Assembly (NCBI RefSeq): GCF_963921235.1
Contig: NC_086097.1
Coordinates: forward strand, 243,724,001-243,788,000
DNA: 64,000 nt
Reading direction: 5' to 3'
Source of the DNA: Mobula hypostoma
Taxonomy: Eukaryota
A program made the position numbers and the translations under genes. Under the pieces are notes generated by a model that saw only the letters and a list, made by a program, of their open reading frames with translations, made no database searches and was not told the origin of the DNA. Positions 1 to 12,138 of the stretch are shown here, in pieces (position 1 is the stretch's first letter; each line of letters begins with the position of its first letter).

Positions 1-232
1 CTGATCTAAGAGCCTATGGACAGACTTGCTCTGTGGACTTCAGTTCAGAGTGCTATTCATTTTGGGTTTATTTTTTGCATGATTTGTTTTTTTTTCTCTC
101 TGCACATTGTGTGCTTGACACTTGTTAATATTCTTTTGGGTTTCTTTTTTTCATGGCTGCCAACTGGGAGGCAAATCTCAGGGTTGTATATTGTATACAT
201 ACTTTGATAATAAGTGAACTTGCAACGTTGAA
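1..232 (+). mobile_element. 3' UTR/tail of a Rex1/Babar-like LINE family (recurrent in window)
   Basis: Motif AATCTCAGGGTTGTATA...CATACTTTGATAATAA...GAACTT recurs at ~5720, 19250, 20935, 29100, 40860, 48510 and 50745; at 20445-20995 it is contiguous with Rex1-type RT C-terminal coding remnant. Confidence 0.6.
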
Positions 233-411
233 CTTTGTGCAGAAGATACAAAACTGAAAGCACATATCACTAGGCTCAAGTTCAGCTTCTATTGACCAGT
301 TTCCTGGTACAATAAAATTGATTTTTGAACATGCAATCTACCTTGTATGAACTTACACCTCATTGTTTACCAGCACTGAACTTTCTCTGTCACTTTTAGT
401 TTATGCAACAT

Positions 412-915
412 TTTATAGAATATGAAAGCAAAAACGTATCGCTGAGGCTTTATAAGAAACTGGTGAGGCCTCACCTGGAATATTGTGAGTAGCTTTTGTC
501 CCCCTATCTAAGAAAAGATGTGCTGGCATTGGAGAGGACCCAAAGCAGGTTAATGCGAATAAAGGGGTTAATTTATGAGGACTGTTTGATGGAGGTTGTT
601 AGGATCTTGATTCGTAAGGGTTCAAGGGTTATGGGGAGAAGGTGGGTGAATGGGGTTGAGAGAGATAAAGAACCAATTCTGGCATCCTCACCGTTCCTCC
701 TCAGTCCTGAAGAAAGGATTCAGCCCAAAACATCAACTATCTATTCATTTCCATAGAAGCTGCCTGACCTGCAGAATTCCTCCATGTGTGTGTTGCTCTG
801 GATTTCCAGCATCCGCAGACTTCCTCGTGTTTAAGAATCAACCGTGATTGAATGGTGGAGCAGACTCATTGTGCTGAATGGTCTAATTCAGCTCCTACGT
901 CTTGTCGTCTTATGG
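412..915 (+). mobile_element. CR1-clade LINE 3' fragments, internally deleted, interrupted by a Penelope terminal-repeat copy
   Basis: Encodes LYKKLVRPHLEYCE..SPYLRKDVLALER (CR1 ORF2 C-terminus); CR1 3' UTR resumes at ~835 after the insert. Confidence 0.8.
675..832 (+). mobile_element. Penelope-like terminal repeat fragment with degenerate hammerhead motif
   Basis: CAGTCCTGAAGAAAGGATTCAGCCCAAAACATCAAC followed by GCTGCCTGACCTGC...TTCCAGCATCCGCAGA, same family as the 61873-62280 terminal repeat. Confidence 0.7.
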
Positions 916-1126
916 TTATTGTTTTACCTTGTACTCCCTCATTGCACTGTTTAATGCATTGATTTGTATGAACAATATGCAAGACGTGATTTTTAGTGTG
1001 CTTCAGTGCATGTGACAACAATTAACTAATTCCAATGAACCCAAGTCAAATTCAAATTTATTATCAAAGTATTACCATATACTACATCAAGATTCATTTT
1101 CTTTCAGGCCTTTACAGGAGCTTTTA

Positions 1127-1668
1127 AATAAATTGTTGGACTTTTAACTAAGGCCAGGATGAGATAGATAGATAGATAGATAGACATACTTTATTGATCC
1201 TGAGGGAAATTGGTTTTCGTTGAGGGAGTGTATCGCTCCCATACTATCCACTCTGCATTGGATTCCTGTATCATTTAGATTTGATTTTAAAGTTCTCTTG
1301 TTTTTAAAACTCCCAATGGTCTAGGACCAGAGTACATCACAGAATCACTTTTGTTTTAAAATCCTATTCATGCTCTCGGGTCTTCTTCCGCTGGTCTCAT
1401 AAGTTTAAACAATCTCCCTCAAAAGAAATTTGGAAAGTCGGGTTTTATTTTCCCTACAATCCTAAGTTGCGGAGTTCAATACCTGCAACTGAATGGGATG
1501 GAGACTCAGATGACACTTTTAAACGCCAGCTCAAAACCTATTTAATTAACCTTGCTTTTAACCAACATCTTTTTGTCTTTTATTTTCATGTTTGCAATTC
1601 ATCCCATTGTAAAGCACTTTGAACTACATCATTTGTATTAAAAGTGCTCTATACATTGAAATTATTGA
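1127..1668 (+). mobile_element. L2-clade LINE 3' end
   Basis: Decayed frame LLTKAR..IAPILSTLHWIPVSFRFDFKVLL...TFKRQLKTYL.NLAF and L2-type tail TGTAAAGCACTTTG...AAGTGCTCTATA. Confidence 0.75.
1163..1184. repeat. (GATA)n microsatellite at the tail of a short antisense LINE-tail insertion
   Basis: GATAGATAGATAGATAGATAGA followed by CATACTTTATTGATCC, the reverse complement of the Rex1 tail at ~55285. Confidence 0.85.
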
Positions 1669-1814
1669 ACAAAGTACAGTTGAATTTATGAAAAGATATG
1701 CACAAAGACTGACAAATATCCAATGTGCAAAAGAAGACAAATAAAAATAATATTGAGAACATGAGTTGTAAAGAGTCCTTGCGAGTGAGTCTGTAGGTTG
1801 TGGAATCTTGTGGT

Positions 1815-4463
1815 TAGATCATAAGAACATTAGAGATAGGAGCAGAATTAGGCCATCTGGCTCATCGAGTCTGCTCCACCATTCAAACATGGCTGATCCT
1901 TTCTTTTCTATCTTCTCCTCAACCCCATATCCCGGCCTTCTCCCCATAACCTTTGATGCCATGTCCAATCAAGAACCTATCAATCTCTGCCTTAAACACA
2001 CCCAACGACCTGGCCTCCACAGCTGCATGTGGCAACAAATTTCACAAATACCTGGAATCATCCTTGTGAACCTCCTCTGGACCCTCTCCAATGCCAGCAC
2101 ATCTTTTCTAAGATGAGGGGCCCAAAACTTTTCACCATACAGGTGAGGCCTCATCAGTGCCTTATAAAATATCAGCATCTCATCCTTGCTCTTGTATTCT
2201 AGACCTCTTGAAATGAATGCGAATATAGCATTTGCCTTCCTCACCACTGAATGAACCTGAAAGTTAACCTTCAGGGTGTTCTGCACAAGGACTCTCAAGT
2301 CCCTCTGCATCTCAGATTCCTAAATTTTCTCCCCATTTAGAAAATAGTCTGCACATTTATTTCTACTACCAAAGTGCATGCCCATGCATTTTCCAACATT
2401 GTATTTCATTTGCCACTTTCTTGCCCATTCTCCTAATCTGTCTAAGTCTTTCTGTATCTTACCTGTTTCCTCAACAATACCTGCCCCTCCACCAACCTTT
2501 GTATCATCTGCAAACTTGGCAACAAAGCCATCTATTCCATCATCCGAATCATTTATATTCAGCATAAAAAGAAGTGGTCCCAACACTGACCCCTGCAGAA
2601 CACCATTAGTCACTGGCAACCAACCAGAAAAGGATCCTTTTATTCCCACTCCCTGCCTCCTACCAATCATCCAATGCCCTAACCATGTTAGTAACTTTCC
2701 TGTAATACATGGGCCCCTAACTTGGTATGCAGCCTCATGTGTGGCACCTTGTCAAAGGTCTTCTGAAAGTCCAAATATACAACACCCACTGCATCCCCTT
2801 TATCTATCCTACGTGTAATCTCCACAAAGAATTCCAACAAGTTCATCAGGTAGGATTTTCTCTGAAGGAAACCATGCTGACTTTGTACTATCTTGTCCTG
2901 TGTCACCGTGTACTCCATCACCTCATCCTTAACAATTGACTTTAACATCTTCCCAACCAGGTCAGGCTAACTGGTCTATAATTTCCTTTCTGCTGCCTTC
3001 CTCTTTTCTTAAAGAGTGGAGGAACATTTGCAATTTTCCAGTCCTCTGGCACTATGCCAGAGTCCAATGATGTTTGAGTGATCATTTCTAATGCCACCAC
3101 AATCTCTAACACTACCTCTTTCAGAACTCTAGGGTGCAGTTCCTCTGGTCCGAGTGAGTTATGTACCGTTAGGTCTTTCGGCTTTCTGAGCACCTTCTCT
3201 CTTGTATCAGTAACGGCACCCACTTCTCTTCCCTCACATACTATAACATAAGGCATACTGCTAGTGTCTTCCACATTGAAGACTGATGCAAAATACTCAT
3301 TTCGTTCATCAGCCATCTCCTTATCCCAGTTATTATTTCTCCTGCCTCATTTTCTAGCAGTCCTATATCCACTCTCATTTCTCTTTTACTTGAAAAAACT
3401 TTTACTATCCACTTTGATAATATTTGCTAGCTTGCTTTCATATTTTTGTGGGCATGTGGCCAAGTGGTTAAGGCACTGGACTAGCGACCTGAAGGTCGTG
3501 AGTTCGAGCCCCAGCCTAGGGAATGTGTTGTGTCCTTGAGCAAGGCACTTAATCACACATTGCTCTGCGACGACACTGATGCCAAGCTGTATGGGTCCTA
3601 ATGCCCTTCCCTTGGACAACATTGGTGTCGTGGAGAGGGGAGACTTGCAGCATGGGCAACTGCTGGTCTTCCATACAACCTTGCCCAGGCCTGCGTCCTG
3701 GAGAGTGAAGACTTTCCAGGCGCAGATTCAAGGTCTCGCAAGACTAACAGATGCTTTCATATTTCATCTTTTCCCTTCTAATGATTTTTTTAGTTGCTCT
3801 CTGTAGGTTTTTAAAAACTTCCTCTATCTTCCCACTAATTTTTGCTTTGTTGTACGCCCTTTCTTTTGCTTTTACAATAGCTTTGACTTCCCTCGTCAGC
3901 CACGGTTGTACTATTTTACCATTTGAGTTTTATTCATTTTTGGAAGACTCGTGTCCTGCACCTTCCCCATTTTTCCCAGAAATGCATAACATTACTGCTC
4001 TGCTGACATCCCTGCCAGCAGCTCCTTCCAATTTACTTAGGCCAACTCCTCTCTCATACCACTGTAATTTCCCTTACTCCACTGAAGTACTGCTACATCA
4101 GATTTACTTTCTCCCTATCAAATTTCAAGTTGAACACAATCATATTGTGATCACTGGTTCCTAAGGGTTCTTTTACCTTAAGCTCCCTAATCGCCTCTGG
4201 TTCATTACATAACGTCCACTCCAGTATAGTTGATCCCCTAGAAGGCTCAATGACAAACTGTTCTAAAAAGCTATCTCTTGGGCATTCAACAAACTCACTC
4301 TCTTGAGATCCATTACCAACTGACCTGCATGTTTCCAACTGACCAACATGTTAAAATCTCCCATGACTACCATAACATTGCCCTTTTGGCTTGCCTTTTG
4401 ACAACTATTTCCTGTTGTAACCTGTGGTCCACCTCCCAGCCACTGTTGGGAGGCCTGTATATA
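1815..4463 (-). mobile_element. CR1-clade LINE, decayed ORF2 (endonuclease C-terminus, linker, RT) plus 3' UTR
   Basis: Minus-strand ORF fragments 1969-2310, 2320-2670 (QGSVLGPLLF, KFADDTK), 2688-2948 (QHGF, YLDFQKTFDKVPH), 2942-3316 (PEDWKIANV, NYRPVSLT), 4093-4338 (SDHNMI); frameshifted; interrupted by a SINE. Confidence 0.95.
3446..3751 (+). mobile_element. tRNA-derived CORE-type SINE
   Basis: A-box TGGCCAAGTGG, B-box GAGTTCGAGCC, CORE-like GTGTCCTTGAGCAAGGCACTTAA; 13-bp TSD TGCTTTCATATTT at 3433-3445 and 3752-3764. Confidence 0.85.
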
Positions 4464-4597
4464 ACCGCCCTCATTTCATCATGATATCCATCTTTTTTAG
4501 TGAGATCATGAAACCATCTTTTTCACTTCTTTTATGCCTTTTACATTTGTTTCTTATCGTGAATGTAACTCTGGAACTGTTGGAGCTTGTGTTTTGC

Positions 4598-4960
4598 TGC
4601 TTGGAGATTGCTTGGGTGCTTCAGTGCTTTGCAGTTTCCAAGAGGATTATGGTTGGCAGAGGCAGCGAGAGCGAACCTCGTGATGAGAAAGCTACAGGAA
4701 GGCGCTCGAGCCAGTGTTCTTCCCCATTTCACTGATTATAGTTTCCATTGTTTGCTGATTAGTGCAACGAGGGTGATTAAGGCATCAAGGTGAGTGCTGA
4801 AGTTTGGAGGTCGTCTGGGTGTTCCAGCCCTCTGCAGTCTCCAAGAGGACTCTGGGAAGCAGAGGCAGTGTGTGCGAACCTCGCAGGCAGGCAGGCAGGT
4901 GCAGGACGGGGCACAAGGCGATGTGTTTGGCTCCATTTCGCCAATTGTTCACCGATTAAA
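4598..4960 (+). repeat. Diverged direct duplication, ~200-bp period
   Basis: TTGGAGATTGCTTGGGTGCTTCAGTGCTTTGCAGTTTCCAAGAGGA..GCAGAGGCAG..GCGAACCTCG (~4600) vs TTGGAGGTCGTCTGGGTGTTCCAGCCCTCTGCAGTCTCCAAGAGGA..GCAGAGGCAG..GCGAACCTCG (~4803). Confidence 0.75.
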
Positions 4961-5324
4961 ATGACATAAAAGCGAGTGTGGAGGGTGAGCACCGGTTGCT
5001 CTGTACTGGAGAGGGGAGAGCTGGCCGCTGCGCCAGGAGAGTGCCGACCAGGATTTTTCTGCGTTTTGGATGTGTACTTGAACTATAGACTCTTTCTTCA
5101 GTATTATAGTTTATATATTCTGTATTTTCTAGCCCAATCTTTTCGCTATTTTTTTTGTTGGGGTGGGATTCGGAGGTTAATATGCTTGGTCCGTTTCGTT
5201 CATTTTTTTCTGTGGGGAGGAGGATATGGGGTTGATGATTGTGCTGCCTTTTCTTTCTTCCTTGGTTTCATGGCTACCCGGAGAACTGAAGAATTTCAGA
5301 GTTGTATACTAAATTACCTATGGA

Positions 5325-5430
5325 GGTGTGAGTGTGTGCATGGGTTTGCGTGCGAGTGTGTGCATCTTTGTATGTGTATATACTGTGTGTGTGTGTGTAT
5401 ATATGTGTGTGTATGTTTGTGTGTGTGTGG
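5325..5430. repeat. Degenerate (TG)n microsatellite
   Basis: Interrupted TG dinucleotide run. Confidence 0.9.
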
Positions 5431-6149
5431 AATGAAGGGAAAGTGGCATTTACTGTTGTGGAAACAAGAATTTCGGGTTGTATACTGTATACGTTCTCTG
5501 ATATTACATGGAACCATTGAACTATTGTCTTTGTTGTGTTGTTTTAGTTGCTAGTTTGATGTTTAATACTTCACTTGATGTTTCATATCTTGAGTTATTT
5601 GCTCATTTTTTTGCCGTTAGTGATATTTGTTAATTTTTGTTGCACATTGGGGGTTTGATGTTTTTCTTTGAATTGATCCCACAGTGTTTCTTTGTTTCGA
5701 GGCTTTTTGCAGGAGAATGAATTTCAGGGTAGTATACTGCATACATACTTCGATAATAAATGTACTTTGAACTTTAAACCTTGGTGTCATTCTGCTGAAC
5801 ACTGTGGGCGTGCTATGTTGGTACTGGAATATGCGACAACACTTGCAGGCTGCCCCCAGCACATCCTTGGGCTGTGTGAGTTGTTAATGGAATGAGAAAC
5901 TTCGCTGTATATTTTGATGTACACTTGATAAATAAATCTGAATCTGATTTGAATCTCTTCAGGTAATAACTCACGAGTCTTAAGGCTGTACTTTCCAAAG
6001 CGTCTGACAGACATACAACATCTGTTGTTCTATACTGATATACAAAGCTCTACAGACCTCAGGTACTGTGGACAGTACCTGTGCCCCATGCAACCCTTGA
6101 CCAATACAAGTACTTTTATTCCAAATCGCTCATTCCACAAGTTCTGTTA

Positions 6150-6645
6150 AATAGAGTACAGAAAATGGAGTAGCACAGTACAGGCCCTTTGGCCCATCAT
6201 ATGCTGACCTCTTAATCTACTTCAAGATCAATCTAACCCTTCCCTCTCATATAGCCCGTCATTTTTCTATCATCCATGTGCCTATCTAAGGATCTCTTTA
6301 TCCTTGAAGTATCTGTCTCTACCATCCTCCCTGGCATGTGCCCATCACTCTCTGTGTTTATTTAAAAAAAAATCTACCTCTGATGTCCCCTCTATACTTT
6401 CCTCCGATCCGCTTAAAATTATGCCCCCTTGAATTAGCTATTTCTGCCCTGTGGAAAAAGTCTTTGCCTGACTACTCAATCATTTTATATACACCTCTTT
6501 CAAGTCACATCTCATCCTCCTTCTCTCCAAAGAGTAAAGCCCTACATCACTCAACCTATCCTCCTAAAACATGCTCTCTAATCCAGGCAGCATCCTGGTA
6601 AATCTCCTCTGCATCCTCTCTAAAGCTTCCACATCCTCCTATAAT
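6150..6645 (-). mobile_element. CR1 LINE 3' end fragment
   Basis: Reverse complement of CR1 C-terminal coding (RRFTRMLPGLE...RGHNFK) and 3' UTR, similar to the 61200-61700 copy. Confidence 0.8.
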
Positions 6646-6829
6646 GAACTGAACGCAGCATTATGTTGACCGCGTGTGCAGGAAAGTGTACTGGAAAAAG
6701 GACATATTTTTCTATTTGAGGACTTGTTGCCAACCTGCCAACTTTGAGCTACAATCTAACTCCAGATCTGCACTTACCAAGATGTGAAGTTGACTATGCT
6801 CTCAAAAGAGGAATAGTGATCACTCTAGT

Positions 6830-7335
6830 TGAGTATAATGTTCCCCTAAGTGGTTAGCTTCAGGTACTGTATGTCTTTAGATGGATGTAGAGGCCAATCC
6901 AGGATCAACATAATCCTGCTCCCTTTGCCACTTGATGATCATCACAGGACTTAATTCGGAATGTTTAGGAGGATTCCCTGAATGGAGAACGCCTGTGTGT
7001 GACTTTGTGAAACGTGGGGAGGCTGATGCACAGGCAGCCACCACGCAGTCCTTGACAGATCAGGGTCAGGGTTCAGCAACATGGAGTGCAAGATGACCTG
7101 GAACTCTTCACTGCTGCAGCCTTCCTCCACCTTCACTGCTGTTGGGATGTGTCATCATCTCCCGCCAGGTCCATCACTGAGGTCTTGGTTGGATTGCTCT
7201 TTGTCTGGAATCTCCCACTTAATCTCACTCCATGGGTGACCCTACCAGGAGCTAAGCACCAGATGGGTAAAGTCCAGGTGGTATTGTTCTTGTGATCTCA
7301 GGAACTCACAAGCCTCTCCACTACAACAGCATGAT
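6830..7335 (-). mobile_element. RTE-clade LINE 5' UTR-derived fragment
   Basis: Reverse complement reads GTAGTGGAGAGGCTTGTGAGTTCCTGAGATC...TCCTGGTAGGGTCACCCATGG, resembling RTE (Expander/Rex3/BovB-type) 5' UTR as I recall it. Confidence 0.5.
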
Positions 7336-7413
7336 GATGGTCACTACCCTTTGCTACATCTCGGCCTGTTTCCTTCCAAATATCATCCATGAATTCCAGA
7401 TGCATTCTGCCTG

Positions 7414-7945
7414 TGCTCCATCTGCAAAAAGAAGAATTTCACAGTGGCCAACCATTTTGATTCCTATGCCCATTCCCATCCTGATGTGTCAATCGATGGT
7501 TACCTCTTCTGCCACAATGTGGCCACTCTTAGGTTGGAGGAGCGACACCGCATATAATGTCTAGGTAGCCTCCAACCTGATGGCGGGAACATCCATTTCT
7601 CCACCTTCTGGTCATTTTCCTTCTCTCCCCCCCCCCGCCTTCTTCTCTTCCCCATTCTGACATCTTACCACTTCTTACCTGCCTATCACCTACCCCTGGT
7701 GCCCCTCCTCATTCCCCTTTTCCCAGGTTCCTATCAGATTCCTTCTTCTTCAGCCCTTTACCCTACTTCATCTTCCCACTCCCAACAACTTGGCTTCTAG
7801 CATGTCCTGTTTCCCCTCTCCCCAGCTTCTTAATCTGGCATCTTTCTCTGAAGAAGGGTCACAGGCTGAAACATTGACTCTTTATTCCTTTCCGTAGATG
7901 TCGCCTGACATGTTGAGTCCCTCCAGCATTTTGTATGTGTTGCAA
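7414..7945 (+). mobile_element. Penelope-like element 3' fragment (GIY-YIG C-terminus plus terminal repeat)
   Basis: Decayed VANHF.S.PHSH...RLEE.H...LGSLQPDG.NI motif, then pyrimidine-rich UTR and CTGAAGAAGGGTCACAGGCTGAAAC hammerhead-like core at ~7848. Confidence 0.85.
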
Positions 7946-8311
7946 TCTACAGATTTTGGTTTGTATCATACCCCATCTGTAATGAGTTCTTCAGGCCTGT
8001 GTCAGATGCCTGAGAGAATTGGGTTCCAAGGTTTTTACAGCACCTGAACTGGTTAATTGTTGCTCAACAAAAATATTTAATCGTTTATAGTTCCTTGTTT
8101 TTTTTCTTGAGCAAATCACTCTTTGTAACACAGTCCTCAGGTGCCTTCCGTTTAAACTTGCTAAGATTATTTTGATGGGCTCAACTTTTATTGTTTAAGT
8201 GGATGCCCAATTTGCACTAATCACAGGGTCCTAGTTTTGGGAATGTTGCTTCATGCAGCACCACTCAGCCAAGCCACTGATATTCTTCTGGAATTATTAT
8301 GACTAAATCAA

Positions 8312-8875
8312 AGCACTAGTGAGCCTCACTTGGAATATTGTGAGCAGGTTTGGGCCTCTTATCTTAGAAAGGGTGTGCTGACACTGAAGAATGTTCAAAG
8401 GAGTTTTACAAAAATTATTCTGGAATTGAACAGCTTGTCATATGAAGAGAATTTGATGGTACTGGGCCTCTACCCACTGTGATTTAGAAGAATAAGGGGT
8501 GACTTCATTGAAACCTATCAAATGTTGAAAGCCATCAATAGAGTAGAGGATGTTCCCTTTGGGAGGGGAGTCTAAGACCCAAGGACACAGCCTCAGAACA
8601 GAGGGGTGTCCATTTAGAATGGAGATGAGGAGAAATTTCTTTAGCCAGAGAGTGGTGAATCTATGAAATTCATTGCCATGGGCATCTGAGAATGCGAAGT
8701 CTTTAGGTATATATAAGGCAGAGGTTGACAGATTGGTCAGGGCATGAAGGGATATGAAGAGAAGGCAGGAGACTGGGGCTGAGAGGGAAATAGAGCAGCC
8801 TTGATGAAATAGCAGAGCAGACTCGATGGGCAAAATGGACTAACCCTGCTCCTACATTTTATTGTCTAGTGGTCT
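8312..8875 (+). mobile_element. CR1 LINE 3' end
   Basis: KALVSLTWNIV / FFSQRVVNL.NSLP remnants and CR1 3' UTR. Confidence 0.85.
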
Positions 8876-9524
8876 AAACTCTCATCGGGATCTGTCTTTC
8901 CTCCGCCCTTGTGCTCCGATATCACCAGTGCACATCATGCCACCATCTCGTCCCACTTCCCTCTAAACCAGGAGAAACAATCTCAATCATTCACATTAAC
9001 AAGCTGCCTGGAAAGCACGCAAGATCAGTGCCATCTTGCTGTTAACGTTGACAGTTAATTTGCACAAAAGCCAGCACATCTAATCATGCAGCTGATTCTG
9101 TAACACGCTAGATGGCTGTGAAGGGATAAAAGATGCTTATATTCAGTTTGTTACAGATGTTTTATGCTGAACTGTTTCTTTAATAATAGTTATGCTTGGA
9201 TGATAAATAACCACCTATAGCGAAATCAACAGGCAACATTCATTGTTCTGAACAGCCGGTTGTGACACTTTTCAAAGCTTCTGGCAGGGCCTACTATTTG
9301 ACAGCTTAGAGAAAAATAATTGTATGAAAATGGATAAAAAGCACAATAACAAAATCGGAAAAGGCAGCACAAGATCTGATCAACTTTCCTGGTGGCTTCT
9401 GGTTTAGGTTCCATCGCTCACATTGATTATCCAAGCATTATATTTTAATATACCTTCCAAAAATTATTAATATTTTCATTGCTCATTTTTAATGCTCCAA
9501 TGAAGCATGCTGGATAGTTTACTG

Positions 9525-9890
9525 TTGTTCACTCGTTATGCACCATGTTGTATCACATAGGCAATCATGGTCTCTCCATGACCATGATTGTTCTTGGCAA
9601 AATTTTCTACAGAAGTGGTTTGCCATTGGCTTCTTCTGGGCAGTGTCTTTACAAGACTGGTGAGCCCAGTCATTCATCAATACTGTTCAGAGATTGTCTG
9701 CCTGGCGTGAGTGGTCACATAACCAGGACTTGTGATACGACCATCCACCACCTGCTCCCATGGATTCATGTGACCCTGATCGGGGGCAGAGCAGGTACTA
9801 CACCTTGCCAAGGGTGAGATGTAGGCTAGTGGAGGGAAGGAATGCCTCACGCCTCCTTTGGTAGAGTCAGAGCTCTGCCCCACCACACTT
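9525..9890 (-). mobile_element. ~370-bp RTE-tailed non-autonomous element (SINE-like), copy 1
   Basis: Reverse complement of the 16140-16512 copy; contains CAGAAGTGGTTTGCCATTGGCTTC; flanked by TTTACTG on both sides. Confidence 0.75.
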
Positions 9891-9929
9891 TTACTGCAAG
9901 ATGGATGTATTAGGAAGAGTTTTTCAGGT

Positions 9930-11145
9930 CATGCCTTATGAGCCTGATTGAATTCTTCCAGGATGTAACAAAACACATTGATGAAGGTAGAGCAGTGGAT
10001 GTAGTGTATATGGATTTCAGTAAGGCACTTGATAAGGTTCCCCATGCCAGTCTCCTTCAGAAAGTAAGGAGGCATGGGATCCAAGGAGACCTTTGTGGAT
10101 CCAGAATTGGCTTGCCCACAGAAGGCAAAAGGTGGTTTTGGATGGCTCATATTCTGCATGGAGGTCTGTGACCGGTGGTGTTCCTCAGGGATCTGTTCTG
10201 AGACCCCTCCTCATTGTGATTTTTATAAATGACCTGGATGAAGAAGTAGAAATGTGAGTTAGTAAGTTTGCTGATGACACAAAGGTTGGGGGTGTTGTGG
10301 ATAGTCTGGAGGCTTGTCAGAGGTTACAGCGGGACATCGATAGGATGCAGAACTGGGCTGAGAAGTGGTAGATAGACTTCAACCCAGATAAGTGTGAAGT
10401 GGTTCATTTTGGTAGGTCAAATTTGAAGACAGAATATAATATTAATGATAAGACTCTTGGCAGTGTGGAAGATCTGAAAGATCTTGAGGCCCGTGTCCAT
10501 AGGACACTCAAAGCTGCTGCGCAGGTTGACAGTGTTGTTAGTGGTGTGTTGGCATTCATCAACAGAGGGGTTGAGTTCAAGAGCTGTGTGGTAATGTTAC
10601 AGCTATATAAAACCTTGGTCAGACCCCTCTTGGAGTACTGTGTTCAGTTCTGATCACCTAACTACAGGAAGGATGTGGATACTATAGGGAGTGTGCAGAG
10701 GAGATTTACAAGGATGTAGCCTGGATTGGAGAGTGTACCTTATGAGAATAGGTTGAGTGAACTTAGCTTTTTCTCCTTGGAGTGACGGAGGACGAGATGT
10801 GACCAGATAGAGGTGCATAAGATGATGAGGGGCATTGATCGTGTGGATAGTCAGAGGCTTTTTCCCAGGGCTGACATGAAGGATCTTGGAAATAGGTACT
10901 GATGGGATATCAAGGGTAAGTTTTTCACACAGGGAGTGGTGAGTGCATGGAATGCACTGCCGGTGGTGGAGGTGGAAGCGGATATAATAGGGTCTTTTAA
11001 GAGCCTCTTAGACAGGTACACGGAGCTTAGAAAAATAGAGGGCTATGCAGTAGGTAAATTCTAGGCAGTTTCTGGAGTAGGTTACATGATCGGCACAACA
11101 TCGTGGGCCGAAGGGCCTGTAATGTGCTGTAGATTTCTATGTTTT
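9930..11145 (+). mobile_element. CR1 LINE, 5'-truncated (RT domain to 3' tail)
   Basis: ORF remnants [36 protein letters not shown]; tail TTTCTATGTTT. Confidence 0.93.
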
Positions 11146-11574
11146 TAATGTCACACAATTTCAAAGTAAATTTATTATCAAAGTACGTAAATGTCACTAT
11201 ATACTTCTCTGAGATTCATCTTCTTGCAGGCATTCATAGTGAACAAAGAAATACAATTGAATTGGTGGAAAACTACATACAAGCAAAGAATGATGAACAA
11301 CCAATGCACAAAAGACAAATTATGCAAATAGAAAGAAACACAATCACAATAAATAAATAAATATTTTTTCTCCCCCTTATGGGTGGTGTGTATGCATATT
11401 TTTCCCTCAATCTCGGGTCCGCTACCAGAGGCCTGGGAGCTTGAGGGTTTGGCTCCGTATCCTTGCTGTTTCTAGTAGTTCGCTTTTCTGGACCAAGATC
11501 TCAGATGTTGTTCCTGGGATTTGTTAAAGCCACTCTCCCAGTCTGGGTGTCACAATCCTAAGTGGTCCTCTCAC

Positions 11575-11770
11575 CACACATCAAAGTTGCTGGTGAACGC
11601 AGCAGGCCAGGCAGCATCTCTAGGAAGAGGTACAGTCAACGTTTCGGGCCGAGACCCTTTGTCAGGACCTCTGTACCTCTTCCTAGAGATGCTGCCTGGC
11701 CTGCTGCATTCACCAGCAGCTTTGATGTGTGTTGCTTGAATTTCCAGCATCTGCAGAATTCCTTGTGTTT
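11575..11770. mobile_element. Palindromic Penelope-terminal-repeat mini-element with hammerhead motif in the loop
   Basis: Arms CACACATCAAAGTTGCTGGTGAACGCAGCAGGCCAGGCAGCATCTCTAGGAAGAGGTACAG and its reverse complement; TSD-like TGGTCCTCTCACCAC (11563) / TGGTCTTATCACCAC (11772). Confidence 0.85.
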
Positions 11771-11951
11771 ATGGTCTTATCACCACTGGAATTACTCTGA
11801 CTTTAACCTTCCACATCCTTTCTGTCTGCTCTTTCAAACCCTGGTACTTCCGCAGCTTCTCATATTCTTTCTTCCTGATGTTCCTGTCATTCGGGATTGC
11901 CACATCTATTACTATTGCTTTCTTCTGTTCCTTGTCCAGTGTTACTATTGC

Positions 11952-12138
11952 GAACACGAGGAATTCTGCAGATGCTGGAAATTCAAGTAACACATCAAAG
12001 TTGCTGGTGAACGCAGCAGGCCAGGCAGCGTCCATAGGAAGAGGTACAGTTGATGTTTTGGGCTGAGACGTTGACTGTACCTCTTCCTAGAGATGCTGCC
12101 TGGCCTGCTGCATTTACCAGCAACTTTGATGTGTGTTG
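11952..12138. mobile_element. Second palindromic Penelope-terminal-repeat mini-element, opposite orientation
   Basis: Same arms as 11575-11770; TSD-like CCAGTGTTACT (11936) / CCAGTATTACT (12139). Confidence 0.85.

Noticed and set aside
3449..3525. tRNA gene
   Set aside because: The tRNA-like head continues into a SINE body with a TSD and has no clean acceptor stem or terminator; the same applies to 15740-15810.
4976..5554. 192-aa hydrophobic/Cys-rich ORF
   Set aside because: Runs through a T-rich LINE tail and a (TG)n microsatellite; compositional artefact.
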